The notes: generated by a model not told the origin, from the letters alone. A stretch of 64,000 nt of DNA from Patescibacteria group bacterium (GCA_028716665.1 JAQUPP010000001.1:413046-477045), one strand, 5' to 3'; positions 28,881-39,386 are shown, numbered from the stretch's first letter. Numbers and translations are program-made.

Positions 28881-29501
28881 ATGAAGGGAAATAATCAAAT
28901 AGATTTTAATGTAATTGAAAAAGAAATGGATGAATTATGGGAGATGTATAAAAGATGTAAATCTCATCATTCTTATAGGGAGGATAATGTTATAGGATTA
29001 AAATGTATAGAACCAGGAGAATATTATTCTAATAGAAATAAATTTTCTATTTGTTATGATAATCCAATAACACAAGAAGACAAAAAAGAAAATAATAAAA
29101 TTTCAAATTGGATAAATGAAAATTTTATTGTTCGTTTATGTTCTATATTAGATTGCTATCAAATTTGTTCTAATAGACAGAAGATAGATCACAAAATTAA
29201 TAATTGGCAGGATATTAATTTTATAAGACAATTAAGGAATATATTTTGTCATACTACGGAAAGTAATTTTGACAAAAAATATCAAAAAATTATTAAAAAA
29301 ATAGGAGAATATTTAAAATTATCAAAGAATGATTTTGGTTTATCAATTGATAAAGTTATTGAACCATTATTTAATGGTTGTAAAGAATATATTAAAATTT
29401 TAAAAAACCAGAAATTATCGTTTCCATCTCCATTTTTTAATTTTATTCTTAAAATAAAATATCTATGGCAAAAGTTTTTGGACAAAAAAGTAAATATTTA
29501 A
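28881..29501 (+). CDS. Hypothetical protein (very AT-rich; RNIFCH HEPN-like motif)
   Basis: Open frame, Rx4H motif. Confidence 0.6.
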   Translation: MKGNNQIDFNVIEKEMDELWEMYKRCKSHHSYREDNVIGLKCIEPGEYYSNRNKFSICYDNPITQEDKKENNKISNWINENFIVRLCSILDCYQICSNRQKIDHKINNWQDINFIRQLRNIFCHTTESNFDKKYQKIIKKIGEYLKLSKNDFGLSIDKVIEPLFNGCKEYIKILKNQKLSFPSPFFNFILKIKYLWQKFLDKKVNI

Positions 29502-30223
29502 TTAAAAAAGATTTTATTCATGGGTGGGGTTATGGCGTTATAATACCTTCAATAGTTATTATTATTGTAGGTATTTTGTTTATACGTTTTGGGTTAATAA
29601 TTAATCCGGTCTTAATTAAAACGGGAGGAATTATTGGTTTGATTCTAATGACTGTGCCGCTTATAATTTTAGTAAATCTAGGCAATAAGTTGGATGATTT
29701 TTCCCTTAAGCATAATCATATTTCTAATCAATTTTATCGCGGACGATGGGGCGAAAAAGATGTTTTGGATGAGCTTAAAAAATTGCCCAATGAATACACT
29801 ATTTTTCAAGACGTTCAATTTCCTGAGAGTAGAGGGAATATAGATTTTGTTTTAATCGGCCCGACCGGTATTTTTGCCCTTGAAGTTAAAAGTCATATAG
29901 GATTTGTTGGTTATCATAACGATGAATTAACTCTTAATAATTGGATTTTTAAAGAAAAAAATATTTTAAAACAAGCTTTTTCCGGCGCTATGCAACTTCA
30001 TGATTATCTTAAATTTAAAATCGGCAAAGATATTTTTGTTAATGCTGCTCTGGTTTTTTCTCACCGTTTAGCCAAAATGCGCTTTGGCTTCAATCCGGTT
30101 GACAATGTTTTTGTCGTGCAAAAAGCATTTTTACTTCAATTGATTACCCAACAACCGCCAAGACTTGATCCGCAAACCATCTTAATTCTTGTAGAAAATC
30201 TCAAACCTTTGGTAAAAATTTAA
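29465..30223 (+). CDS. NERD nuclease-related domain membrane protein
   Basis: GRWGE, NIDFVLIGPTGIFALEVKS, KQA. Confidence 0.85.
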   Translation: MAKVFGQKSKYLIKKDFIHGWGYGVIIPSIVIIIVGILFIRFGLIINPVLIKTGGIIGLILMTVPLIILVNLGNKLDDFSLKHNHISNQFYRGRWGEKDVLDELKKLPNEYTIFQDVQFPESRGNIDFVLIGPTGIFALEVKSHIGFVGYHNDELTLNNWIFKEKNILKQAFSGAMQLHDYLKFKIGKDIFVNAALVFSHRLAKMRFGFNPVDNVFVVQKAFLLQLITQQPPRLDPQTILILVENLKPLVKI

Positions 30224-30352
30224 GAAATTATTTATATTTTTAACGAGCCTTGTACTCGTTTTTTTATTTGATTTAATTTATATATTTGTTATAATTAATA
30301 CTTAATAAGTTTTAATAAATAAAAAGTTATCCACAATATATAATATTGACAC

Positions 30353-30368
30353 ATATCATATATGATAT
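30353..30368. promoter_or_regulatory. Palindromic operator in TA promoter
   Basis: ATATCATATATGATAT between TTGACA (30346) and TATACT. Confidence 0.65.
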
Positions 30369-30739
30369 ATACTAATAATAGTGAATATAAAGTTAAATTC
30401 TATAAAGATAGTCGAACCGGAGATAGTCCAGTGTTAGAATATATTGATAATTTATCAGAAAAAGAAAGGACAAAGGTTTTTAAATATATTGAATTCTTGC
30501 GAGAACATCAAGGGGTTTTAGATGAACCTTATTCTAAACACATTAAAAGTAAAATTAGAGAATTGCGGGTTGATTTCGCTCGTCAAAGGCATAGAATTTT
30601 TTACTTTACATTTATAAAAAAGACCATAATTTTGCTTCATGCTTTTTTAAAGACAACAGCCAAAACTCCTCAATCAGAAATAAAAATGGCAGAAGAAAAT
30701 TATAATGATGTTTTAAATAATGAAGAAATATATGAATAA
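30362..30739 (+). CDS. RelE/HigB (Gp49-like) toxin
   Basis: PYSKHI..IRELR..RIFYF..ILLHAFLKTTAKTP. Confidence 0.88.
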   Translation: MIYTNNSEYKVKFYKDSRTGDSPVLEYIDNLSEKERTKVFKYIEFLREHQGVLDEPYSKHIKSKIRELRVDFARQRHRIFYFTFIKKTIILLHAFLKTTAKTPQSEIKMAEENYNDVLNNEEIYE

Positions 30740-31034
30740 AATTAAAAAATCACAAAAGGCGGTAGATTTTCAAGAATATCTCGCCGAACAATTAAAAAAT
30801 CGCAAATTTAAAAAATACTATGATGAATATGGTAAACAATTAGAAATTGCTTATCAAATTTTGCAATTGCGCAAACAAAGAGGAATATCCCAGGCTGAGT
30901 TAGCGAAAAAAATAGGGACAAAGCAAAGCAATATTGCCAGAATGGAAACCGGCCAACAGAATTTAACCATCAGCATGCTTCAAGAAGTTGCCAAAGCATT
31001 AAATCGAGATTTTAAGATTGTATTTATTAGATAA
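30732..31034 (+). CDS. XRE-family HTH antitoxin (HigA-like)
   Basis: LRKQRGISQAELAKKIGTKQSNIARMETG; downstream of toxin. Confidence 0.88.
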   Translation: MNKIKKSQKAVDFQEYLAEQLKNRKFKKYYDEYGKQLEIAYQILQLRKQRGISQAELAKKIGTKQSNIARMETGQQNLTISMLQEVAKALNRDFKIVFIR

Positions 31035-31174
31035 AATAAAATTTAATTGTCCGACAAAAAATCGAGTCTAGTGCTCGGTTTTTATTATCTCTTGACAAAA
31101 AGTGATTTTTGCGCTATGATGTTAATAATTCTGAGCGATTAGGTTTGGAATTAAAAAAAAGAAAGGAGGGGGAA

Positions 31175-31465
31175 ATGGAGGGTCAAAATATCTATACAAT
31201 CAATTTTTGCAATACTGATGACGATAGTATTCGAAGTCAAGTCATACTTTGCCATCAGAAAAAAATTTCGCAGAAAGTATTTGCAACGAAAATCGGTTTA
31301 ATCATAGAGAAGTTTAAAGCCAGTCCCGATTTTAATGATCAGGAATTTCGTCCTCACAAAGGAACTCGGATTCTTGACCAAAAATGGAGCAATATAATTA
31401 CAGACGGTCTGTGTAAACAAGGATTTTCTGTAATTTCACCGATTGGAAGTTATAAAACGTATTGA
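31175..31465 (+). CDS. Hypothetical protein
   Basis: AAGGAGG RBS before ATG 31175, own promoter and terminator. Confidence 0.6.
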   Translation: MEGQNIYTINFCNTDDDSIRSQVILCHQKKISQKVFATKIGLIIEKFKASPDFNDQEFRPHKGTRILDQKWSNIITDGLCKQGFSVISPIGSYKTY

Positions 31466-31587
31466 ATATAAATTAAGGGGTGTTTAAAAACCGCCCCTTT
31501 TTTAATTGACAAATCATAATTTTTTTACTCTTGACATTTTCTGAAAAAATGCTATAATATAAATAATTAAAAAAAAGGGGGTGAAAA

Positions 31588-31962
31588 ATGGGAAAAGGAG
31601 TTAAGAGGCCATATTCGCTTTTAGAAACAATAATAGATGTCACTGAATTTTTCGGAGCTAAACCCGAAAAATGGCTACAAATACCAAATAGTTCTTGGGA
31701 AGGAGGAGCACGAGTAAAATTTGAAGCCGATGGAAATAAAATAGAAGTAAGATTGTTTCCGGATAAAGTTGGTTTTTTTAGAGTCAAAAAGGCATTAGAT
31801 CACAATGATTCTGATAAATCAGACATAGATATTCTTTTCAGGGATATCTGGTACGTTGCGTATATTAACGTAGCGGGAATTGGAGAGAGTGTCCGATTTG
31901 TCAATACAAAAGATCAGACCCTAACAATCAATAAAAAGGGCAATTGTATTTTAGAAATTTAA
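31588..31962 (+). CDS. Hypothetical protein
   Basis: TTGACA..TGCTATAAT promoter, RBS, terminator. Confidence 0.65.
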   Translation: MGKGVKRPYSLLETIIDVTEFFGAKPEKWLQIPNSSWEGGARVKFEADGNKIEVRLFPDKVGFFRVKKALDHNDSDKSDIDILFRDIWYVAYINVAGIGESVRFVNTKDQTLTINKKGNCILEI

Positions 31963-32013
31963 GTTTATAGGGGTTAAATAAAAAATATTTAACCCCTATT
32001 TTTTTTCTCTTGA

Positions 32014-32136
32014 CCCCCTCACCAAAACGTTGATATTTATTAATAATAAGTCCGTCTTTATTAAAATTTATTTTATTATGTAAAAATTAAAAAATACAGA
32101 TATTAATTATTTTCATCAGCGTTATAGGTGAGGGGG
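32014..32136. mobile_element. TTGA-targeting MITE-like element
   Basis: ~22-bp TIR CCCCCTCACCAAAACGTTGAT / ATCAGCGTTATAGGTGAGGGGG, TTGA at 32010-13 and 32137-40. Confidence 0.85.
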
Positions 32137-32255
32137 TTGACAAAACACGAAAAATATGCTTAAATAATAGCAATATTTTAGAAATAGTTCTTTAAATATA
32201 TGCGGTAAAATTGCCGCATAAATAAAGTTGTCCCTAAAAGGGAAGGGGGTTTCAT

Positions 32256-33134
32256 ATGGAAACGAGGAAAATTGCTCTTGCTTGTTTTATCGGCGGAGCG
32301 CTTTGCTGCGCAGTTGCGTTATTTGCCGCACCAATGTATTGGTGGTTGGGTCTTCTGGCGGGATTTGCCGGCGGTTATCTCAGTTATGAGTTTCGCGGAG
32401 TTTGCAAAGCAGCACCAGTTGCTTTGAGGATTGCCACAAAAGAAAGCCGTAAAATTTATCAAAGTGAAATTGTCAGAACAAAAGAGTGGTTTTCTAAGAA
32501 CCACCCATTTGCTTATCTCAATATAATTTTGGCTGTGATATTCGGTCTTTATCTTATTCCTTATGATTGGATTATCGCAGATACATATCCGAACATATCA
32601 CACTATATGCGAGCTTTAATTACGTATTTTTCGATACAGGCGTTGGCTGTTTTTGGCGCGCCATTCCTTTTTTCTTTTTGGGGCGCAAGATTTGTTGATA
32701 AATGTTATTGGATATCAAAAGGGGAAGATGCATATTTAAAGGAAGCGAATAATCCGGATATATGGAGATACAAACTTAAACAAAAACCGCTGACTTATTT
32801 AAACGTTCTGCGTTGGATGGTATTAGGTGCTGGATTTTTTATTTGGACACCATGCAAATTTTGTCTTAAAATAGTTTGGACAATACTTTGTTTCTTGGGC
32901 CGTTTTGCCTGGCATCTCTTTCGGTTGATTCATTCAAACAAGAGGGTGCTTTGCGCAATTGACGGAACACTTGGCGGACTTATCAGTTATTTTTATTTTA
33001 TTTCCATGCCAATGCCATTTGGAAGCAAAATAATGTTCATTATTTTTGGAGGACTTTTGGGAGGAGTATTCGGCATTATAAGTTACGAGATAATCTCAAA
33101 AAGAATTCTTCACCTGAATGCGGCGACAACTTAG
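32256..33134 (+). CDS. Hypothetical membrane protein
   Basis: Multi-TM, RBS, promoter restored by MITE TSD. Confidence 0.7.
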   Translation: METRKIALACFIGGALCCAVALFAAPMYWWLGLLAGFAGGYLSYEFRGVCKAAPVALRIATKESRKIYQSEIVRTKEWFSKNHPFAYLNIILAVIFGLYLIPYDWIIADTYPNISHYMRALITYFSIQALAVFGAPFLFSFWGARFVDKCYWISKGEDAYLKEANNPDIWRYKLKQKPLTYLNVLRWMVLGAGFFIWTPCKFCLKIVWTILCFLGRFAWHLFRLIHSNKRVLCAIDGTLGGLISYFYFISMPMPFGSKIMFIIFGGLLGGVFGIISYEIISKRILHLNAATT

Positions 33135-33303
33135 TAAAATAAATATACTGGCGGTTAGATAAATATCTTCCCGCCAGTTTTTTTACTCTTGGCCCACTTT
33201 CATAATTTACCATTAGGGGTTGACATTTTGGCAAAAATATGCTATTTTAAAGACAATTAGAGTTCGTTTAAAAAGCTTGTTTATTAACAAACAAGGAGGT
33301 AAG

Positions 33304-34104
33304 ATGCCGAAAAAGAATAAAGAAATTATTCGTTTACGGGGTCATCATTTAGATCTTTTAATGACTTTATTTAAGCGACCTAAAATCGGAGCAGGCATGA
33401 TCAAAAACGCCATTATATCTGAAAAAGATTATGGTTTTAAACAGCAAAGAATAGTGTTGGCCGAAAGAATAATTCAAGTTCTAAAGGAAATTCTTCGAGG
33501 ACAAACAAGGGTTAAGCTCATCGACGGAATAGATGATATCTGTCAGAAATGCAAGAGAAAAAGAACAAAGGAATGCAGTTGTTGTTATGCGGGAAGCGCG
33601 GAGGATAGACGAATAGTTGGACGTTATGGATTAGAAATGGATAAAATTTATCCAGCTGCTGAAATTATAAATGCTTTAGCAATGGCTCGAAATGGTATTC
33701 GCTTGAGAGGAACTCATTTAAGACTGTTGGATTTTTTTATTCGCCATCCCAAAACTGCAGTTGAAACAATTAAAACTCTTAAAGAGTTCGGCAAGAAACA
33801 TATTGAAGAGACTCTTAAGATTTTAGAGATGGCTAAAAAGAAGGGTGTTTACATTCAGATTATTTGGGAAATAGATGATATTTGTCGAAATTGTAAAGAA
33901 AGGGTAAATTTTAACAGGAATGCGGATTGTATTGATGGTTGGAGAGTTTGCTGGTATCAAAATTTTTTATTAGAATATTCTTCTTACCAGCCACCGGATG
34001 ATTCAAATGTGACTCAATTGTTGGGTTTAAAGAGAAATAAATTTTATCCGGCTGATAAAATTGTCGAAAAATTAAAGGAATATAAAAATAAATTGAGGGG
34101 TTAA
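33304..34104 (+). CDS. Tandem DUF1284-like Cys/His domain protein
   Basis: Two repeats of IRLRG(H/T)HL...DDICxxC; AAGGAGG RBS before ATG 33304. Confidence 0.7.
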   Translation: MPKKNKEIIRLRGHHLDLLMTLFKRPKIGAGMIKNAIISEKDYGFKQQRIVLAERIIQVLKEILRGQTRVKLIDGIDDICQKCKRKRTKECSCCYAGSAEDRRIVGRYGLEMDKIYPAAEIINALAMARNGIRLRGTHLRLLDFFIRHPKTAVETIKTLKEFGKKHIEETLKILEMAKKKGVYIQIIWEIDDICRNCKERVNFNRNADCIDGWRVCWYQNFLLEYSSYQPPDDSNVTQLLGLKRNKFYPADKIVEKLKEYKNKLRG

Positions 34105-34120
34105 ATAACCCCTCAATTTT
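34091..34120. terminator. Bidirectional terminator
   Basis: AATTGAGGGGTTA-AA-TAACCCCTCAATT between convergent genes. Confidence 0.7.
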
Positions 34121-34143
34121 TAATTTTTGTTATTGGCAAAAAC

Positions 34144-35361
34144 CTACCCCATTTTTATTTCTAATTTTTTTCTTTTATATCTTACCGAAAAATAAATTAA
34201 CGGTAGGGCTAAAATTAAAAATCCGGCAAGCAGAAAACCTTGCCTTGCCGTTATAAAACCAAGCATAAAACCGGCAACAGGCGCGCCGATTATTGACGCA
34301 AGAGATTCAAACATTGATTTGATTGATAAAATCGCAGCTCGATTTTCGCTTTTAACAAATTCGTTCGTCAGGGCTTCTTCAAGTGGTAAAAATATTTCGT
34401 CTATTGAACTGAATAAAGTGAATAATATAACGGTAAATAATATTAAACTTGTTTTTGCGGCCGCGAATAATAAAATTGCATAGCCGAGCGCCAAGAAAAA
34501 TAAAATAAATAATTTACTTTTTTTCTTAAGAAAAAATTCCGCGACAAGAGGCAAAATTATTCCAAGTCCCGCGATTATTGAAAAAAGATAGCCGATCATT
34601 GGAAGGCTTAAACCTATTTTTTCAAGATGAGGCGTCCAAATTAAAGAGGTGATTTCATCAACAAAAAAGAAAACAAATATTCCTGAAAATAACAAGATGA
34701 TGATTTTGTGGCTTAGGGCGGTTTTTATGGCTGTTTTTGAATCTTGAAAAATATTACAGAATTTTTTTTGCGCAATTGGTTTATCTTGCTCATGTTTTCT
34801 TATTTCTTTTCCAAAAAAGAGAATTAAGGTTGAAACAAAAATTCCGGCGGCAAAAACGAACCAAAGATTTCTCATATTTGAGGTCGCGACGATATAGCCG
34901 CCAATTAACGGAGCTGCGACCATCCCGATATTTCTGAACATTCTGGTTTTTAAAAAATATTTATCAACCAATGACTTGTCCGTGTTTTCCATGAGATCCA
35001 CTGCCCAAGCGCGATCAGCGCCACTAACAAGTGTTTCAAAGAGCGCGTCAAAAGCAAAAATTATCGCCACAATATAAAATTTATCCCAAACAGGGATAAG
35101 CGCTAAAGAAATAGCGGTTAACAAATATCCCAGGATTACGCTATTTTTTCGTCCATACTTGTCGGCTATAACTCCGGTTGGTATTTCAAAAATAAGCGTA
35201 ACAACGCTTCGGATACTGCTTATTAACGCGATTTGGAAAAAATTAAATCCGATATGCAAAAAATACAAGACATAAAACGGCATTATGACTTTAGATAAAT
35301 TGAAAATCAGAGAATGGGCGTAAAACGGAAAAAGTAATTTTATTTCATTTTTCTTAAACAT
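34144..35361 (-). CDS. MFS transporter
   Basis: FEIPTGVIADKYGRK motif A, about 12 TMs. Confidence 0.92.
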   Translation of the reverse strand: MFKKNEIKLLFPFYAHSLIFNLSKVIMPFYVLYFLHIGFNFFQIALISSIRSVVTLIFEIPTGVIADKYGRKNSVILGYLLTAISLALIPVWDKFYIVAIIFAFDALFETLVSGADRAWAVDLMENTDKSLVDKYFLKTRMFRNIGMVAAPLIGGYIVATSNMRNLWFVFAAGIFVSTLILFFGKEIRKHEQDKPIAQKKFCNIFQDSKTAIKTALSHKIIILLFSGIFVFFFVDEITSLIWTPHLEKIGLSLPMIGYLFSIIAGLGIILPLVAEFFLKKKSKLFILFFLALGYAILLFAAAKTSLILFTVILFTLFSSIDEIFLPLEEALTNEFVKSENRAAILSIKSMFESLASIIGAPVAGFMLGFITARQGFLLAGFLILALPLIYFSVRYKRKKLEIKMG

Positions 35362-35540
35362 ATCGAAGCAAAATTTAAGGCAGTTAGTGAATTAATTATA
35401 ACACAGAAGAAAAATAGAAAGAAGTGCAGAGGATTATTTTAAGTTTTTTTGCAAGGTTGACAAAAATAATTTTTTTTGATACATTTAAAATAATTAAAGT
35501 TCTTTTAAAAAGCCTGCTTATCGGCAGACAGGGAGGAGAA

Positions 35541-35792
35541 ATGAGAAATGCAATAGTGTCTTTTATAGCTCTTTTTATTCTTTGGGGAGTTGGCTGGTTG
35601 GAAAATTATTTCGGCCTTATTGACGTTAATCAGCTGGTGAGTCAAAAACATTTTTATTGCGCTTTTTCCGCCTATTTTGTTTGCGGCGGATTAACCGTAA
35701 TTTTAGCTGTAACGATGTTATTTGCATTTATTTGTTTTCTCGGTTTTTTCTGTGCGCTCTTGGATGGTACTATAGACGATCACTGTTGGTAA
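35541..35792 (+). CDS. Small membrane hypothetical protein
   Basis: GGGAGG RBS before ATG 35541. Confidence 0.6.
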   Translation: MRNAIVSFIALFILWGVGWLENYFGLIDVNQLVSQKHFYCAFSAYFVCGGLTVILAVTMLFAFICFLGFFCALLDGTIDDHCW

Positions 35793-35827
35793 AAATTTGA
35801 TATATTTAAAATAAAAGGGGGCATGTC

Positions 35828-36316
35828 ATGAGCAGAAAAGAATTTAAAGATCAGCATGAAATAGGCGCAGTTTTGAACATTTTTCCATTTATGAAAGAAA
35901 TTGTTGATGAGATTAAAATTTCTCGTCAACGAATCCATCTTATTTGGATTGAACCGGGTGAAGAAGTAGTTAAAGAAAGCACGATTTGCGCGCAGGGGTT
36001 CAATTATACCGGTTGGATTTACACGATAAAGGACGGGAAGATTTACAAAAAAGCTACATGGGAAGAAATTCGCAAACAGAGAAAAGATCTTCATCTTCCG
36101 GATGCGTCTGACAATAACGCTCAAACGTTGTTGGACGGCAGCGAAAACGCCTGCATCTTTATTCACCAACACGGAGAACATGACCAAGGAGAAGGACCGA
36201 CAAGATTTTCCATTACCATGTTTAATTGTCGAGGGCACAGTTTATTCAGAGATTATGATAACGTGATGATTTGGCTAAAGGAAGTAAAGGTTTATCAAGA
36301 ACTTCAAAAATTTTAA
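35828..36316 (+). CDS. Hypothetical protein
   Basis: RBS, open frame, terminator after stop. Confidence 0.6.
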   Translation: MSRKEFKDQHEIGAVLNIFPFMKEIVDEIKISRQRIHLIWIEPGEEVVKESTICAQGFNYTGWIYTIKDGKIYKKATWEEIRKQRKDLHLPDASDNNAQTLLDGSENACIFIHQHGEHDQGEGPTRFSITMFNCRGHSLFRDYDNVMIWLKEVKVYQELQKF

Positions 36317-36409
36317 AAAAATAAAAGGGGCAAAAAATATTGCCCCTTTTTTTTATTTGACAAAATTTCAGTTTGTGATAAATTATAAATAATTGAAAAG
36401 GAGGTGAAA

Positions 36410-36583
36410 ATGTTTAACAATCAGTATAAGATAAAAATAAAACATCCGCTGATTCGTTCCGGAATTACAATAGAAACAAACGTTTCGGAAAAGTATTTGG
36501 TGCCTGTACTGATGAAGGCGATGGAAAAAGTCAGAGAGTTTAATAAAAAGCAGGCAGAATTGGAAGAAAAAAATAGTCAATAA
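36410..36583 (+). CDS. Small hypothetical protein (57 aa, MFNNQYKIKIKHPLIRSG..), not in ORF track
   Basis: Promoter, AAGGAGGTG RBS, terminator AAGGGCGGCT..AGCCGCCCTT. Confidence 0.65.
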   Translation: MFNNQYKIKIKHPLIRSGITIETNVSEKYLVPVLMKAMEKVREFNKKQAELEEKNSQ

Positions 36584-36739
36584 TTTAAGGGCGGCTTTTA
36601 AAGCCGCCCTTTTTTTATTTGATTGACGTTTATTGAGGGACGGAGTATAATTATATAAATCATATGATGATTCAAGTTAAGAATCTGACAAAAAAATTTA
36701 ATGGTTTAATTATTTATAATTAATTTAAATATTATTTTT

Positions 36740-37504
36740 ATGGAAACAACAACAAATGTAAAATTTATTCCTCAGCCGCCTAAATTCGCCATTATATTGT
36801 GTGGCGTTTTAGCTCTTTTTTGGGTCGTTTTGTCAGTCGATAAAATTGTGGATATTAAAAATGGGTTAGAGGTAAATACTATTACTGTCAGCGGTGAAGG
36901 AAAGGTCATTAGTATTCCTGATGTAGCTTCTATTAGTTTTTCAGTCATTTCCGATAAAATGACTGCCAAAGAAGCAATGAGCGACAATTCGCAAAAAATG
37001 AACGCGGTTATCAAATCTATTAAAGATTTAGGCGTTGCAAGTAAAGATTTAAAAACAACAGGCTATAATTTGGCTCCGCTTTATGATTGGCCAAGAGGTC
37101 AAAGAATTTTTAAAGGTTATGAATTGACTTCTACCTTATCTGTTAAAATCAGAGATTTTGATAAAATCAGCGATATTATTGATGGCGCGATTATGCAAGG
37201 AGCAAATCAGGCCGGCGATATCCAATTTGTAGTTGATAAACCTGAGATATTGCAAGCCGAAGCGAGAGACAAGGCTATTCAACAAGCCAAGGACAAGGCC
37301 GCGGCAATCGCCAAGGCATCCGGTTTTAAGCTCGGCAAAGTTGTTTCTTTTTCAGAATCAGGCACAGACAGATATTATCCGCAACCAATGTATGCGGAAA
37401 AAAGTTTAGGCGCAGGGGATTCTGCTATGATTTCAGCTCCGGCTATTGAAAGCGGCAGTCAAGAAATTCAAACCACAGTTTCTTTGGTTTTCAGAATCAG
37501 ATAA
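36740..37504 (+). CDS. SIMPL/DUF541 domain protein
   Basis: ITVSGEGKV..PD.A, AI..AK.KA..IA..G..LG, IESG. Confidence 0.9.
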   Translation: METTTNVKFIPQPPKFAIILCGVLALFWVVLSVDKIVDIKNGLEVNTITVSGEGKVISIPDVASISFSVISDKMTAKEAMSDNSQKMNAVIKSIKDLGVASKDLKTTGYNLAPLYDWPRGQRIFKGYELTSTLSVKIRDFDKISDIIDGAIMQGANQAGDIQFVVDKPEILQAEARDKAIQQAKDKAAAIAKASGFKLGKVVSFSESGTDRYYPQPMYAEKSLGAGDSAMISAPAIESGSQEIQTTVSLVFRIR

Positions 37505-37654
37505 AAATTATTAAAGTTGAATCATCAAAAGAGGAGTGTTTTTTTTGAAAGATACTCCTCTTTGTCATCCCTTGACATTTCATCAAAAATTTGATATTAT
37601 AAAGATAATAAAAGTTCGTTAAAAAGTCTGTCCATTGGCAGGCAGGGAGGAAAA

Positions 37655-38114
37655 ATGAAATTACCATTAAAAGATAAATTTCCATTGGAGAGAGAGGATT
37701 TTATAGAAATTATTCCATTTGTTGAATTTTTTGTTTGAGATTCTTGGTTTTAAACCCGGTTATGGCGGAAGAGGTATAGCAATTTTCCCAACAGATCCAA
37801 CTCATTTTCCGGAAAAACAAATTGTGAAGGCCAGTTGGCTACAACAAGCCAGTTATGAATTAGGAGAATTTATGTGTCGAAGCATTCCGGAAACAGTAGA
37901 TAAAAAATTCCTTGTCATGGCTTCTCAATTTAAAATCAGAAAAGTTGTTTCTCAGTTCAATTCTATTTTTCTTATTGCCATTGTAAAAATGAATAAAGGT
38001 TTTACTCATGGCAAAGTTACAATAGAGGGCCGTATTAATGATAAGGATTTGGATCTGGCGCTTGAAGGAGAATTTACTTTTTGTCTAAAAGATAAGGATG
38101 TTGTTTCGTCCTAG
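37655..38114 (+). pseudogene. FabZ-like hotdog-fold gene, apparent frameshift at T6 tract 37727-32
   Basis: RBS-preceded ATG 37655 frame stops at 37738; HFPEKQIV..FRK/KV..GEF motifs continue in the +1 frame. Confidence 0.5.
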
Positions 38115-38122
38115 GGGGAAAA

Positions 38123-38290
38123 ATGATTCCTGATTTAATTTGGAAAATTTGGGTAGTTGGCGCTGTAATTATTTGTTCCGGACTAATGTGTATATGGTGG
38201 CCGCCACACTCACACAAGAAAATCGGCAAAGGATTGATTAAGATTGGCCTATTTGTCATCCTCGTAGGGATTATAAAAATGATAAGTTAA
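38123..38290 (+). CDS. Small 2-TM protein (55 aa), not in ORF track
   Basis: GGGGG RBS; MIPDLIWKIW.. Confidence 0.55.
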   Translation: MIPDLIWKIWVVGAVIICSGLMCIWWPPHSHKKIGKGLIKIGLFVILVGIIKMIS

Positions 38291-38318
38291 AGAAAGATTT
38301 TGCCTTAAAGGAGGAAAA

Positions 38319-38600
38319 ATGGGTAAAAGTTTTTGGGTAAAGTTTTCTGTCATATGGATAGTAATGTGGGTAATTTGGTTCTTTTTAATTTGGGGTAGTG
38401 TCAAATTGGATTTATTTTTTAACCCATGGTTAAAAGGAGTACTTTTTCACTGGTATCAATTTTTTACCACACATCATTATCTGACGATTCTGTATCAAAG
38501 TAATTTTAAAAACTTTCTGGTAGCGATAGGCATATTCAGTTTTATTATAAGTTTTTTCTTTTCATTGTTCGTTGCATTAAAGTTTGAAGAGAATAATTAA
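38319..38600 (+). CDS. Small membrane hypothetical protein
   Basis: AAGGAGG RBS; terminator GCCGAGAGA..TCTCTCGGC. Confidence 0.65.
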   Translation: MGKSFWVKFSVIWIVMWVIWFFLIWGSVKLDLFFNPWLKGVLFHWYQFFTTHHYLTILYQSNFKNFLVAIGIFSFIISFFFSLFVALKFEENN

Positions 38601-38708
38601 AAATCAGCCGAGAGAAAAATCTCTCGGCTTTTTATTTTATTCGCCCATGGACAGATTTATAAATTTGAAATAATATGATATGATAAATTATAATTTAATT
38701 TTTATTTT

Positions 38709-39386
38709 ATGACTGTTAAAGAAATCATCGCTTATTTTAAAAAACATTCTTGCCTTCGCGATAAAGAGGGAATGGCGAGATTTGGCATTAATCCGCAATA
38801 TGCTCTGGGAGTGAGAATTCCGGTTTTAAGAAGTTTGGCGAGAAAAATCGGTAAAAATCATAAACTGGCCATTGATTTGTGGAAAACCAAGATTCACGAA
38901 GCGAGAATCTTTGCCACCATGATTGACGAGCCGCAAAAATTAACCGAGAAACAAATGGAACAATGGGTGAGAGGATTTAATTCGTGGGATTTGTGCGACC
39001 AGTGCTGTTCCAATTTATTTTGCAGAATACCCGTTGCTTGGAAAAAAGCAGAAAAGTGGGCCGATAAAAAAGAAGAATTCGTGAGAAGAGCAGGGTTTGC
39101 TTTAATGGCGTATTTGGCCTGCCACGATAAAAAAGCCAAAAACAAAGATTTTGAAAAATTTTTTCCGCTTATCAAAAAATATTCCACTGATAAAAGAAAT
39201 TTTGTCAGAAAAGCGGTTAATTGGGCGTTAAGGCAAATTGGAAAAAGAAATTTGAATTTGAATAAAAAGGCGATTATCATTGCCAAAGAAATTAAAAAAA
39301 TAAATTCTCCTGTCGCGCATTGGATCGCGATTGACGCAATCAGGGAATTAACCGATAAAAAGATTCAAAAAAGATTATTGAAATAA
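38709..39386 (+). CDS. DNA alkylation repair protein (AlkD-like HEAT repeat)
   Basis: GVRIPVLR, SWDLCD, FVRKAVNWALRQIGK. Confidence 0.9.
   Translation: MTVKEIIAYFKKHSCLRDKEGMARFGINPQYALGVRIPVLRSLARKIGKNHKLAIDLWKTKIHEARIFATMIDEPQKLTEKQMEQWVRGFNSWDLCDQCCSNLFCRIPVAWKKAEKWADKKEEFVRRAGFALMAYLACHDKKAKNKDFEKFFPLIKKYSTDKRNFVRKAVNWALRQIGKRNLNLNKKAIIIAKEIKKINSPVAHWIAIDAIRELTDKKIQKRLLK

Noticed and set aside
30327-30335. DnaA boxes (also 7640-7648) as oriC
   Set aside because: Isolated single boxes, no cluster and no dnaA/dnaN nearby
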